The notes under the pieces were generated by a model. The model ran no database searches and was not told where the DNA came from. It saw only the letters and a list, made by a program, of their open reading frames with translations. Positions 10,456 to 21,501 of a stretch of DNA of 64,000 nt are shown piece by piece; position 1 is the first letter of the stretch, and each line of letters begins with the position of its first letter. Origin of the DNA: an uncultured Clostridia bacterium. GTDB lineage: Bacteria > Bacillota > Clostridia > TANB77 > CAG-508. Both the position numbers and the translations under genes were made by a program. Where the stretch lies: positions 3,198 to 67,197 of the forward strand of contig CANRKJ010000006.1 in NCBI GenBank assembly GCA_947631185.1, written 5' to 3'.

Positions 10456-11649
10456 TTAAGACTTTGCTGGCAAAAGCAAGTTTTCTAAAACATTTCCAGC
10501 TTTCTTATTATGAGAAATAATTGGATGCACATAAAAATTAAATGTTGTTGTAATTTGTGCATGTCCTAGTCTTGCTGCAACAACTGCTACATCAATATTT
10601 TGTGATATTAAAAGTGTAGCATTTGTATGTCTTAATCCATGAAAATTAATTACAGGTAGACCAATTTGTTCAATATATTTTACAAACCATTTACTTATGG
10701 TTGAAGGATGCATTGGTTTACCATCATTCTGTACAAATAACCTATTAGAATTGGTCCATAATTCGCCATATAGAGATTTTTGATCTTCATACCATAATTT
10801 ATATTCATCAAGTAAAGAAATGACAAAATCAGGTATTGCTACTTCTCTAATAGAGCTTTCTGTTTTTGGTACTTTAGTAAATACTCCTTTGTCTGCTAAG
10901 TATTGACTTGCTCTATTAATATTTACGATTCCATTTTTAAAATCAATATCAGTCCATTCTAAACCCATTAATTCACCAAGTCTAACTCCAGTAAATACAG
11001 TCAAAATAATTGCAACTTTGTATTTTATCTGATCTTCGCTTAGTGTTTCTAAATTTTCTAACAAGACTTTTGTTTGTTCATCATCATAGTATCTTCTTTT
11101 AGGCTTTTTTGCTTTAGGCGGTTGAACACGTTCAGCAGGATTTGATACTATTAATTGCCAATAAACTGCCTTATGTAACATTGCTCTTAAAAGTCTATGA
11201 TGTTCTAAAATTGTTTTGCCAGATAAAGGTCTTAAAGTTTTCTTCCCATTATTGTTTTTCTTTCTAATTATTTGAGTGTCATTGCTAAGTAAATCATAAA
11301 ATCTCATAATATCAGTTGGCTTTAGTTTATTAATATAAAAGTGACCAAAGTATGGTAAAAGTCTTGTTTCTAATATTCTGCAATATCTTTTATAAGTTGA
11401 TGGAGCAAGTTCTTTTGATCCATAATCTCTTTTCCATATTTCAGTAAATTCAGAGAAAGTTAAAGATTTTCCATCAACGACTAATCCATTTTGAACTTCT
11501 GTAACAAATTTGGCAAGTTCAACTTCAGCATCTTTTTTAGTTCCATGTACAGTTTTAGTATGTCTTAATGGTTTGCCATTTAAATCATAACCTTCATGAA
11601 CAATTAGTCTGTAACTATTTTTCCCTCTTTTTTCTATACTCCCAGCCAT
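10456..11649 (-). CDS. int: Tyrosine integrase
   Basis: TGVRLGE, FHGLRHT, RLGHA, catalytic Y; N-terminal arm-binding domain. Confidence 0.95.
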   Translation of the reverse strand: MAGSIEKRGKNSYRLIVHEGYDLNGKPLRHTKTVHGTKKDAEVELAKFVTEVQNGLVVDGKSLTFSEFTEIWKRDYGSKELAPSTYKRYCRILETRLLPYFGHFYINKLKPTDIMRFYDLLSNDTQIIRKKNNNGKKTLRPLSGKTILEHHRLLRAMLHKAVYWQLIVSNPAERVQPPKAKKPKRRYYDDEQTKVLLENLETLSEDQIKYKVAIILTVFTGVRLGELMGLEWTDIDFKNGIVNINRASQYLADKGVFTKVPKTESSIREVAIPDFVISLLDEYKLWYEDQKSLYGELWTNSNRLFVQNDGKPMHPSTISKWFVKYIEQIGLPVINFHGLRHTNATLLISQNIDVAVVAARLGHAQITTTFNFYVHPIISHNKKAGNVLENLLLPAKS

Positions 11650-11832
11650 TACTCATTTTCACCTCCTTTCGAGTTACCTAATGGATGAGATATGTATATA
11701 TGTGTATTATATAGTATTTTAGTGAAAAATACCAGCATTTTTTGGCTATTTTATGCAGGTTACAGAGATTACACTAAAATTCATAAAAAAGTATATAAGA
11801 AACATAAAGATTCAGTAAAAAATGTAATATTT

Positions 11833-12125
11833 AAAAAATTTTATTTTACCCGTAATATTTTGGATTTTTAAATCGTTATTAATAGTAAAAGAAAAAATTT
11901 TTTTGATTTGGCCGTAAGATTTTTGAATTTCAGTTGCTATTAAGGTTATAAAGGGAAATTTTTTCTTTATGTTTTTGATTTCAATTTAATAGTAAAGAGC
12001 AAAAAAATTTTTATTTAGGGCATAACGTTATTGAAATTCAGACGTTATTAATTAGTAGAAGGGAAAGATTTTTTATTTTAGCCCATAAGATTTTTGAATT
12101 TCAATCGCTATTAAGGTTAGAAAAC
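11833..12125 (+). repeat. About five degenerate ~60-bp tandem repeats between int and xis
   Basis: Units follow AAAAAATTTT..C(G/A)TAA.gatttttgaatttca..cg(t/c)tattaa..gta.aa(ggg). Confidence 0.75.
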
Positions 12126-12151
12126 AAATTATAGTTAGGAGGTGAACTCAA

Positions 12152-12340
12152 ATGGAAATACAAAGAACAACTTTAACAATGAAAGAAACAGCAGAATATT
12201 TAGGTATATCATATTGGTTAGTAAATCAATTAGTAAGAAGAAAAGAAATACCATATTCTAAAGTTGGAGGAAAATATTTATTTAGAGTACAAGCATTAGA
12301 TGAATATTTAACAAGAAAAGAAAAAGAATCAGTTAATTAA
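12152..12340 (+). CDS. xis: Excisionase (HTH_17)
   Basis: LTMKETAEYLGIS...IPYSKVGGKYLF, divergent from int. Confidence 0.85.
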   Translation: MEIQRTTLTMKETAEYLGISYWLVNQLVRRKEIPYSKVGGKYLFRVQALDEYLTRKEKESVN

Positions 12341-12366
12341 TTTTACAAAAGAAAGGAAAGGAGGAT

Positions 12367-12876
12367 ATGGCAGATTTACAATGGCTTAAATTATCTACTA
12401 ATTTCTTTGATAATAATAAAATTAAGTTATTGGAAAGCGAAAATGATGGAGATACCTTAATTAGAATATGGATACAATTGCTAACAATAGCTATGAAATG
12501 TAATTATCAAGGGAAATTATCAATTACAGAAGATAAACCTATGACAATTATAGAAATTTCTAAGATTATGGGGAAATCTAAGAAAAAAATAGAAAAAACA
12601 TTAAATATTTTTCAAGAATTACAAATGATTGTTATTGAGGATAAATTTTATAAAATAAAAAATTGGTCTAAGTACCAAAGTGTTGACAGACTTGAAGAAA
12701 TTAGACTTCAAAATTGTAAAAGACAGCAAAAATATCGTGAGAAAAAAAGAAGTGAAATAGGAAAAAATAACGTTACAGTAACAAAAGATAACATAGAAGA
12801 AGAGATTAAGAAAAGAAATAAAATAGAACAAGAAGGAGATGAGAATAGAAGTGGATTTAGAAAATTTGAATTTTAA
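12367..12876 (+). CDS. Phage replisome organizer N-terminal domain protein
   Basis: WLKLSTNFFDNNKIKLLE..IWIQLL..IKNWSKYQS. Confidence 0.85.
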   Translation: MADLQWLKLSTNFFDNNKIKLLESENDGDTLIRIWIQLLTIAMKCNYQGKLSITEDKPMTIIEISKIMGKSKKKIEKTLNIFQELQMIVIEDKFYKIKNWSKYQSVDRLEEIRLQNCKRQQKYREKKRSEIGKNNVTVTKDNIEEEIKKRNKIEQEGDENRSGFRKFEF

Positions 12877-13675
12877 AGTTATCACCAATGAAGGAGCAAA
12901 ATGTGGATTTTGTAATAAAATCTTAAAACCAAAGGGATTAGATTATCTTTATGCTAATGTTAGCAAAGATTATATTGAGTACGAAAGATGTAATTGTAAA
13001 GATGCAATAAAGTTTTGGAAAGAATATGATTTAAAACTATATAAAGATGAACAACAAAAGAAGTATAAAGAAACAATAAATAAAATTTATAATGATAACT
13101 TTTTGAAAAAGAGATTACAAAAGTATAATTTTGAAAATATAGATTTTCTAAACATAGAAACCATAAAAATAATAGAGAATTATACAAAAGAATGTATTAA
13201 AGGCAAAATGAAAGACGGAATTATAATATATGGGAATTTTGGATACGAGAATACATATATAGCAGCATGTATTGCAAATAAAATGATTGAAAATGACAAA
13301 ATTATTTTAATGGAAAAAAGTAGTTCTATTTTAGATAGAATTAAAGAATCATTTAATAAAAATACAATATCTGAGCTAGAACTGATAGAATTATACTCTA
13401 ATATAGATATGCTAATTATTGATGATTTTGCAAGTGAAATTTTTAGTAAATGGGCAGTAGATGAATTGTACAAAATCATTAATAATAGATATGAAAATGA
13501 ATTACCAATTGTAATTACAACCAGATATACTAAAGAAGAATTAATAAGCAAAATATCTAGTGAAACTGATTTAAAAGATGCAAAAGATTTAGTACAGATT
13601 TTATATAAAATGTGCTATGGAGTATCAATTGTAAATAGCGATTTTGATAACAAAAATCAAGTAGAAAAAGTTTGA
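12839..13675 (+). CDS. DnaC/IstB-like helicase loader with degenerate Walker A
   Basis: Zn-binding CxxC/CxC, GNFGYENT, LIIDDF, IINNRYENELPIVITT. Confidence 0.8.
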   Translation: MRIEVDLENLNFKVITNEGAKCGFCNKILKPKGLDYLYANVSKDYIEYERCNCKDAIKFWKEYDLKLYKDEQQKKYKETINKIYNDNFLKKRLQKYNFENIDFLNIETIKIIENYTKECIKGKMKDGIIIYGNFGYENTYIAACIANKMIENDKIILMEKSSSILDRIKESFNKNTISELELIELYSNIDMLIIDDFASEIFSKWAVDELYKIINNRYENELPIVITTRYTKEELISKISSETDLKDAKDLVQILYKMCYGVSIVNSDFDNKNQVEKV

Positions 13676-13820
13676 ATTTTATTTCAAACTTTTTCGGTAT
13701 TTAATTAAAAAATTATAAAAAATCGAATTAAAAAATGTCCCTCGGAGAGCAAAAAGGGTTTTAGGGATTTTTCCCTAAACAGCAAAAATGGTGTCAAAAC
13801 ACCAAGCTCTTGGTATTTTC

Positions 13821-15383
<1,563 letters not shown>

Positions 15384-15496
15384 CTATTAGTAAGCTTCGA
15401 CTATAATTATAGCTTTAGTTTATAGCGTTATTTTAAAAAAGTCAATAAAAAACACCTATAATTTATAGGCGAATACTTACTAAATTTTTTAATTAC

Positions 15497-15640
15497 TTAA
15501 CTTACTTTATTTTTGTTTATTTGCATATCATAATAGATTTTAAAAGCATTTTCTAAAAGTCCTTTTACATCTAATGTTTCATTTTCTTTAAATTTATTTA
15601 TGATAACAATACCATTTTTCTTTTTATTTTTATTTTCCAT
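15497..15640 (-). CDS. 47-aa protein upstream of the serine recombinase
   Basis: AGGAGG RBS; MENKNKKKNGIVIINKFKENETLDVKGLLENAFKIYYDMQINKNKVS. Confidence 0.55.
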   Translation of the reverse strand: MENKNKKKNGIVIINKFKENETLDVKGLLENAFKIYYDMQINKNKVS

Positions 15641-15802
15641 CTTGCGTTACCTCCTAGTTTTCCAATAATAGTTAATCTCATTTTAATTTTTCTCCCTTCA
15701 AAAAAGAGTTTTTAAATATCTAATAAATACTTAAAAACTCTTATAAAATAAAAAAACAGCCTTAATATCCGTTCTGGCTAAATCTTTTTAAACTTACTCT
15801 AT

Positions 15803-16276
15803 TTACACTCTTATAGAACTTGCATTTACAACATTTCTTATTCTTTTAGGAACATTATATCCTACATTTATACCACTTTTTAATTGCAAATCAGAACTAT
15901 TTTTACAATATTCATACATTTGTCTATTCCATTTAGAAAATTGCAAATCTGATAGTTGTTTTTTATTTGATAAATACTCATTATCTTTATTTATCTGTAT
16001 TAACATTGCTAGATATTCTTGTTTTTCTTTAGCTCGTTTCTTTTGTATATATTCTCGTTTTACAATTTTATTCTTTTCTTTATTATTATTCTTTCTTAAT
16101 TCTTTTTCTTGAACATACCTAGAATCATTTTGAATAATCTTTGTAACATATGATTTTACGACATTTAATTCTTGTGCAATGTCTGTAGGTCGTAAATGCA
16201 TTTCATAGAATAATTCTACAATTTTGTCTTTTGTACCTTTGCTGTCTAATTTAGTTTTTATTTTTAACACCTCCAT
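15803..16276 (-). CDS. HTH (sigma70 region 4-like) DNA-binding protein
   Basis: IVELFYEMHLRPTDIAQELNVVKSYVTKII. Confidence 0.65.
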   Translation of the reverse strand: MEVLKIKTKLDSKGTKDKIVELFYEMHLRPTDIAQELNVVKSYVTKIIQNDSRYVQEKELRKNNNKEKNKIVKREYIQKKRAKEKQEYLAMLIQINKDNEYLSNKKQLSDLQFSKWNRQMYEYCKNSSDLQLKSGINVGYNVPKRIRNVVNASSIRV

Positions 16277-16592
16277 TCCTTTAAAAATTCTCTATTTCTT
16301 GCAAACTACAATTTCACACCTATAATATAAAAACAAAAAATAAACAAATTAAATTACTTTATTGTGTTGTTAATAGTCTGCTAAAAATCTTAAATTTACC
16401 GTTATTACAATACTTTTAAAATATGTAGTGAATTTTTTATCTACAACTTTTAGCAATAAGTTTTACAAAAAGTATTGTAATTATATTGATATTATAGTAT
16501 AATAATTATAGAATGTCAATAACAATTTATTATTTTATTAAAATTGTTTATAAAATTTTATGAATTTTTCTTTATAGGAGGGATATTAAACT

Positions 16593-17681
16593 ATGGAATT
16601 GCCAGAAGTAACCTTTTTTGATGATTTCTACTTTTGGTTTAATACTGAAACAAAAAAAGAATATTATGCAACACCTTTATATTTTTATAAAGCAGATTTT
16701 CATTTAGATTTAGATAACAAGTTAAGAGATGTATTTTATAAAGAAACAGAATTAACTACTAATGGACTAAAACACCCTGCAAGTATGTACTTTCCATTTC
16801 ACGAAAAATTGGGGTTATTATTATTAAGATTTTTAAATAGCGATTTATCAAACTACGAAACAGCAAATAAAACTTTCTTTTACGCTTATGGTTTTGAAAT
16901 ATTAAGAGATTTGGATAAACACTATAAATTTGAATTAAAACAAAATTATGGTAGTAATGAAGAATATTTAAAAGCAACTAATAAAATATTTGAAGATTTG
17001 CAAGAAAACTTAATTGACCTACAACAAGAACTAATAAAAGCAGTTACATATATTTATAATTTAGATAATATTAAAGAACTAGAAAAATATACATATTCCG
17101 AACGATTTGCAGTTTATTTAATAAAGAGAATGGGAAAATTATACACATATTATAAAAATGACTTTATTATGAGAGATAGCTATTCAATGAAATATCAAGA
17201 ACTTGGTAAATATAGTGAATGCGAGTTATTAGATACATTACAAAATAAAAAACAAGTGCTTTCAATGAGCGATACTCATAAAAGTAATGATATATCAAGT
17301 ATTTGCTATGCTATACTTGATGAACTTTCAAAAACACCAAATTATCCAATAAAGAGATGTCAAAACTGTGGAATGTATTTTATTCCAACTTCAAAAGTAG
17401 ATGAAATTTATTGTGATTATCCAAAAGAAAACGGAAAGACTTGCAGAGATTTAGGTGCATTTCAATCTTACACTGAAAGATTAAAACAAAATAAGGCTAT
17501 GGGAGAATATAGAAGAACATATCAACAAAAGTTTATGCAAGTTAGAAAAGATAAAGAAAATAAAAAACTTGCAAAAGATTTTGAAAATTGGAAAAAACAA
17601 GCAAAGAAAAAAATAAATGATATGAAAAAAGGTAAACTTACTGAAGATGAAGTTTATGAGTGGATTTTGAAAAATAAATAA
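16593..17681 (+). CDS. Protein with C-terminal Zn finger (DUF6076-like)
   Basis: IKRCQNCGMYFIP...YCD...TCRDLG. Confidence 0.7.
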   Translation: MELPEVTFFDDFYFWFNTETKKEYYATPLYFYKADFHLDLDNKLRDVFYKETELTTNGLKHPASMYFPFHEKLGLLLLRFLNSDLSNYETANKTFFYAYGFEILRDLDKHYKFELKQNYGSNEEYLKATNKIFEDLQENLIDLQQELIKAVTYIYNLDNIKELEKYTYSERFAVYLIKRMGKLYTYYKNDFIMRDSYSMKYQELGKYSECELLDTLQNKKQVLSMSDTHKSNDISSICYAILDELSKTPNYPIKRCQNCGMYFIPTSKVDEIYCDYPKENGKTCRDLGAFQSYTERLKQNKAMGEYRRTYQQKFMQVRKDKENKKLAKDFENWKKQAKKKINDMKKGKLTEDEVYEWILKNK

Positions 17682-17762
17682 TTTTATAGAAATATCAATA
17701 AAATGTAGTAAAAATTTAATTTTAATGCTATAATAAAAATAGATTGAAAGAGAGGAAAGTAT

Positions 17763-18164
17763 ATGAATAATATAGATTTAATGAATTATTGGATAAAAAG
17801 TGCTGATGAGGATTATAAGGTAATGAATGTTTTATATAAAAATAAGAAAAATAGTTATTGCTTGTTTTTTGGTCATTTAATAATAGAAAAATTATTAAAA
17901 GCACTTTATGCTAAAAATAATAAAGGTGCACCACATGCACCTAAAACGCACTCATTATTACTTCTCACTGAAAAATGTAATTTAGATGTATCCGAAGAAC
18001 AAGTAAAAAAACTAAAAGTTATTGATACATTTAATATTGGAGCTAGATATGATGATTACAAGAATAGTTTTAATAAAAAATGTACAAGTGAATATACTTC
18101 TGAACAAATAAGAAATATAAAGGAGGTAAGAAAATGGTTAAAAGAACTATTGATAGAGAAATAA
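17763..18164 (+). CDS. HEPN-domain protein (HEPN-MNT pair)
   Basis: LFFGHLIIEKLLKAL, PKTHSL, ARY. Confidence 0.85.
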   Translation: MNNIDLMNYWIKSADEDYKVMNVLYKNKKNSYCLFFGHLIIEKLLKALYAKNNKGAPHAPKTHSLLLLTEKCNLDVSEEQVKKLKVIDTFNIGARYDDYKNSFNKKCTSEYTSEQIRNIKEVRKWLKELLIEK

Positions 18165-18454
18165 TGGAATCAATAAATAAATATATTGAGAAAATAAGTA
18201 AATATTATAAGATTGAAGCTATAATATTATTTGGTTCTTATGCAAAGGGAACGCAAAATGAAGATAGCGATATAGATATAGCTATAATTTCTAGTGATTT
18301 TAAAGATATATTTGATGATATGGCTGATTTAATTGGATATACATGGAAAATAGATACAAGAATAGAGCCACATCCAATAAGTAAAGAAGATTATGAGAAA
18401 ATTGCAACACCTTTCGTACAAGAAGTAATAGACACAGGAATAAAAGTTGCATAA
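18134..18454 (+). CDS. Minimal nucleotidyltransferase (MNT)
   Basis: LFGSYAKG..EDSDIDIAI. Confidence 0.9.
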   Translation: MVKRTIDREIMESINKYIEKISKYYKIEAIILFGSYAKGTQNEDSDIDIAIISSDFKDIFDDMADLIGYTWKIDTRIEPHPISKEDYEKIATPFVQEVIDTGIKVA

Positions 18455-18529
18455 GGCAAAATATAAAAAATATGAGTATTTTATAGACAACAACTCCCCA
18501 ACTCTTATTATGAGCTGGGGAGTTGTTGT

Positions 18530-18886
18530 TTACTCGATGACAATCTCAAAAAGAATGGCTTTTGAGTCATAGAAGATAGTAGAAGGCTTGAGAATTGCCT
18601 TATAACCTTCTTCTTGTTCAACAACTTCTTTTAGTTTTGAAAAAAACGCCAACCTATCGAACTTGAGAAGAACTTCAGTTAAATCATACTCTGTGCCGTT
18701 GAGAGCAATGGTCTTAATCTGGTTTTGCCCATCAAATAAGCATACCGTAATTGAACCAAAATATCCTTTTTCGGTATCTGCATCCATTAAATCCAGAATC
18801 CAATCAAAGACTTTTTCTGCTTGGCTAGTAAGATCAGATTGTCTCTTCTCTAACCGTTTGCCACGAACCTCTTGTGCTTTTGTCAT
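18530..18886 (-). CDS. Hypothetical protein, more GC-rich than its neighbours
   Basis: AGGAGG RBS, own promoter TTGCAA-17-TATACT, downstream hairpin 18486-18530. Confidence 0.7.
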   Translation of the reverse strand: MTKAQEVRGKRLEKRQSDLTSQAEKVFDWILDLMDADTEKGYFGSITVCLFDGQNQIKTIALNGTEYDLTEVLLKFDRLAFFSKLKEVVEQEEGYKAILKPSTIFYDSKAILFEIVIE

Positions 18887-19003
18887 AGTAATTCCTCCTT
18901 ATAATTACTCGGAGGCATACCCTCCGAGATTTTTAATAGTTCCCGTTGGGTACAACAGTTAAACAATTAAAGTATAGCACATTTTACATAAATTTGCAAT
19001 TTT

Positions 19004-20251
19004 TTATTTTTCAAAATCCCATTCTTTCACTTTTTCTTCATGCTTTATCTGTTTTTCTGGATTGATGAAAGTATTAGTTTCTTTTTCAAAATCTTTAATC
19101 AAATTATCTTCTTCACTAATTGCAAATCTTTTACAAATCCAACTAATAAATTTATCAATAGTTTCATTGAACTTGTCTATAATTCTGTGAAGTTTATTAT
19201 TTTCTTTTTCTAATTCTTTAATTTTGCTTTTATATTTATATTCTAAATCAAGAGTTTTATTTTTAAATTTTTCTTCAAGTTCTCGTTTTTGATTATTAAA
19301 TTTTAAATCAAGAGTATTACTTTTCTTTTTATATTCATGTTCTATCTGCTTAATTTGATTATGCAATTCTTCATTATCAGCAAGTATTGAATTTCTTTCT
19401 TTTTGGTATTTTTCGGCTTCTTCGATAACAATTGCTTGTTTTGATAATTCTTTGTGTAACTCTATATTTTCTTGATGTAGCTGATTAATTAGATTGTCTT
19501 TAGGTTTTATAATTTCGTTCATGATTTTTTCATCTCTGTTAATCATAACTTTTTTAATGCTTTTTAGTTCTGGAATTTCTGGCAATTCTAATTTTATATT
19601 ATTTAAGACTTTTTTAGTATTTTCAAAATTTGTTAGTTTCTTTAAATTTTCTATTTTCTCGTGCTTAGCTTTTGTTTCTTCTACTGGCAAACCTCTTTCT
19701 AAAGCAAAACCTTTTGATGTTACATATTTATGAAAAGCATTTTGTAACTCTCTGTAACTATCTCTGCCTTTCCAAAAATCTCTTGCACATATTTTATCTA
19801 TTGGATTTCCTTCTTTATCTTTTGTATGAATTACTGGTATATATACTAAATGCATATGTGGAGTAGTTTCATCTAAATGTACTGATGCAGAGACTATATA
19901 TTTCTCTCCTAAATTTTTGTAATTACATACAAACTTATAACTTTCTTTAAAATATCGCTTTGTTTCTTCTAAGCCAATTTTATCAAAAAAGGCATTATCT
20001 GATGTAATCATCATTTCACACATTATAATACTATTACTTCTAATATTACCTTTTAAATCATAATCTTTTTTCATTTTATCAAATTCTTTTATATATGTTA
20101 GTTCGTTTTTCTTACACCAAAAGTTAAGATGTGTTCTTGTAGAATCAATATCTTTATTAGAATGTCCTTTTGATCTTCTATCATTGTGAATATATGAACC
20201 TTGTGCATTAACTCTTGTTAATTTATCATTTCTTATTATTGCATAGCTCAT
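19004..20251 (-). CDS. mobV: MobV (Pre/Mob) relaxase
   Basis: MSYAIIR, HNDR, NKDID, VHLDETTPHMH, coiled-coil C-terminus. Confidence 0.9.
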   Translation of the reverse strand: MSYAIIRNDKLTRVNAQGSYIHNDRRSKGHSNKDIDSTRTHLNFWCKKNELTYIKEFDKMKKDYDLKGNIRSNSIIMCEMMITSDNAFFDKIGLEETKRYFKESYKFVCNYKNLGEKYIVSASVHLDETTPHMHLVYIPVIHTKDKEGNPIDKICARDFWKGRDSYRELQNAFHKYVTSKGFALERGLPVEETKAKHEKIENLKKLTNFENTKKVLNNIKLELPEIPELKSIKKVMINRDEKIMNEIIKPKDNLINQLHQENIELHKELSKQAIVIEEAEKYQKERNSILADNEELHNQIKQIEHEYKKKSNTLDLKFNNQKRELEEKFKNKTLDLEYKYKSKIKELEKENNKLHRIIDKFNETIDKFISWICKRFAISEEDNLIKDFEKETNTFINPEKQIKHEEKVKEWDFEK

Positions 20252-20289
20252 ATTCTCCAACGCCCCTTTCTTGCTCAAGATAAATTTAT

Positions 20290-20760
20290 TTGTCTAACAT
20301 ACTAGACAAGCAAGCTTGTCTGTATGGCAGGGAAATTTACATTTCCCCACACCCCTTTGCCTAAAAAATGCAAATAGCATTTTTTAGGTTTAAAATAATT
20401 CGCTTATCATAGCGACTTATTTTAAAAAAGAGCAAGAAAAAATTTTTATAAATTTTTCTTACTCTTTCTTGAAACCTTGCTTGGTTTCAAAGCCACTGCA
20501 TAAGACATCTGTAAAGGCAAAGCCTTAACAGCTTCTTAACTTCCACGCAAAGCCAATAAAAGCATAGATTTTATAAATCTACACTTTCATTTGGTTTTAT
20601 TTAGTTGTTCTATTTATAATTATAGTTTAAAGCTTACTAATTCCTTAATTTTTCTACTTTCGTCATAATAAAATGCTAATCTGGCGAATATAAGGTACTA
20701 AAAATTACTACCTAATATTCGAGCAAGTAAAACTTGCTAAAAATTATGAAAGGAGAATAA
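20290..20760. promoter_or_regulatory. Putative oriT plus dense hairpin cluster
   Basis: Directly upstream of mobV; about 10 back-to-back stem-loops. Confidence 0.5.
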
Positions 20761-20765
20761 GTGTT

Positions 20766-21389
20766 ATTACGAATTATAAAGAAGATATTTATGATACCAT
20801 ATTTCTTACTTATGAAAAAATTTTAGTCAGATTAAATTATTTAGGAACTACAACTAAAAATGGTAAACAGATAACTTATGAGGATCTAAAGAAAGCAATA
20901 GATGTAATGATAAAAAAGCATCCAAGCTGTAGATGGAGAAGTGAAAGAGTAAAGAATAAAAAGTATTTTGTTTTAATAGAAGGTTATTATTGGTTGTTAA
21001 ATGTGTATTTTCAAAAAGAAAGGTCTTTAATAGATGCAGATGTAAATTTTTTTGAAGAAAGAATTAAGCAATACGAAGAATTACTAAAAATTGAACATAA
21101 TGAAAACTGGTGGAATGAAGATATGGATATTAAACAACTATGCAAATATTTTAATAGAAAAGATATTACTGTTAGAAAAGCAATTAGGAAAATGTATGAT
21201 AGTGGTTTTGGAGAATATAAGTTTTTAGTTAATGAAAGAGTAGTAATTTCAAAAGAAGGAGTAGAATGGATTTGTAAAAATATATTTAAGCAGAAATATT
21301 TGGAGTTATTAGAAAAATATAAAATGGAGTTAACAGAGTTATATATTGAAGAAGGTTATCCGTATGATAATTTTTTTCATAAAAATTAA
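20766..21389 (+). CDS. Hypothetical DNA-binding-like protein, probable ATT start
   Basis: Frame open upstream of ATG 20907; AGGAG RBS at 20751 precedes in-frame ATT at 20766. Confidence 0.6.
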   Translation: MTNYKEDIYDTIFLTYEKILVRLNYLGTTTKNGKQITYEDLKKAIDVMIKKHPSCRWRSERVKNKKYFVLIEGYYWLLNVYFQKERSLIDADVNFFEERIKQYEELLKIEHNENWWNEDMDIKQLCKYFNRKDITVRKAIRKMYDSGFGEYKFLVNERVVISKEGVEWICKNIFKQKYLELLEKYKMELTELYIEEGYPYDNFFHKN

Positions 21390-21501
21390 AATTGATGAAT
21401 CGAAAAATAGTATAAAGTGTAGAATGTTTTTTTATTTTATGGTACAATAGTTGTGGAAATTTAATGTTATCCAAAGTTATTGTATTTATGGGGGCCAATA
21501 T

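Noticed and set aside
17763-18454. HEPN-MNT pair as a novel system
   Set aside because: Well-known toxin-antitoxin family
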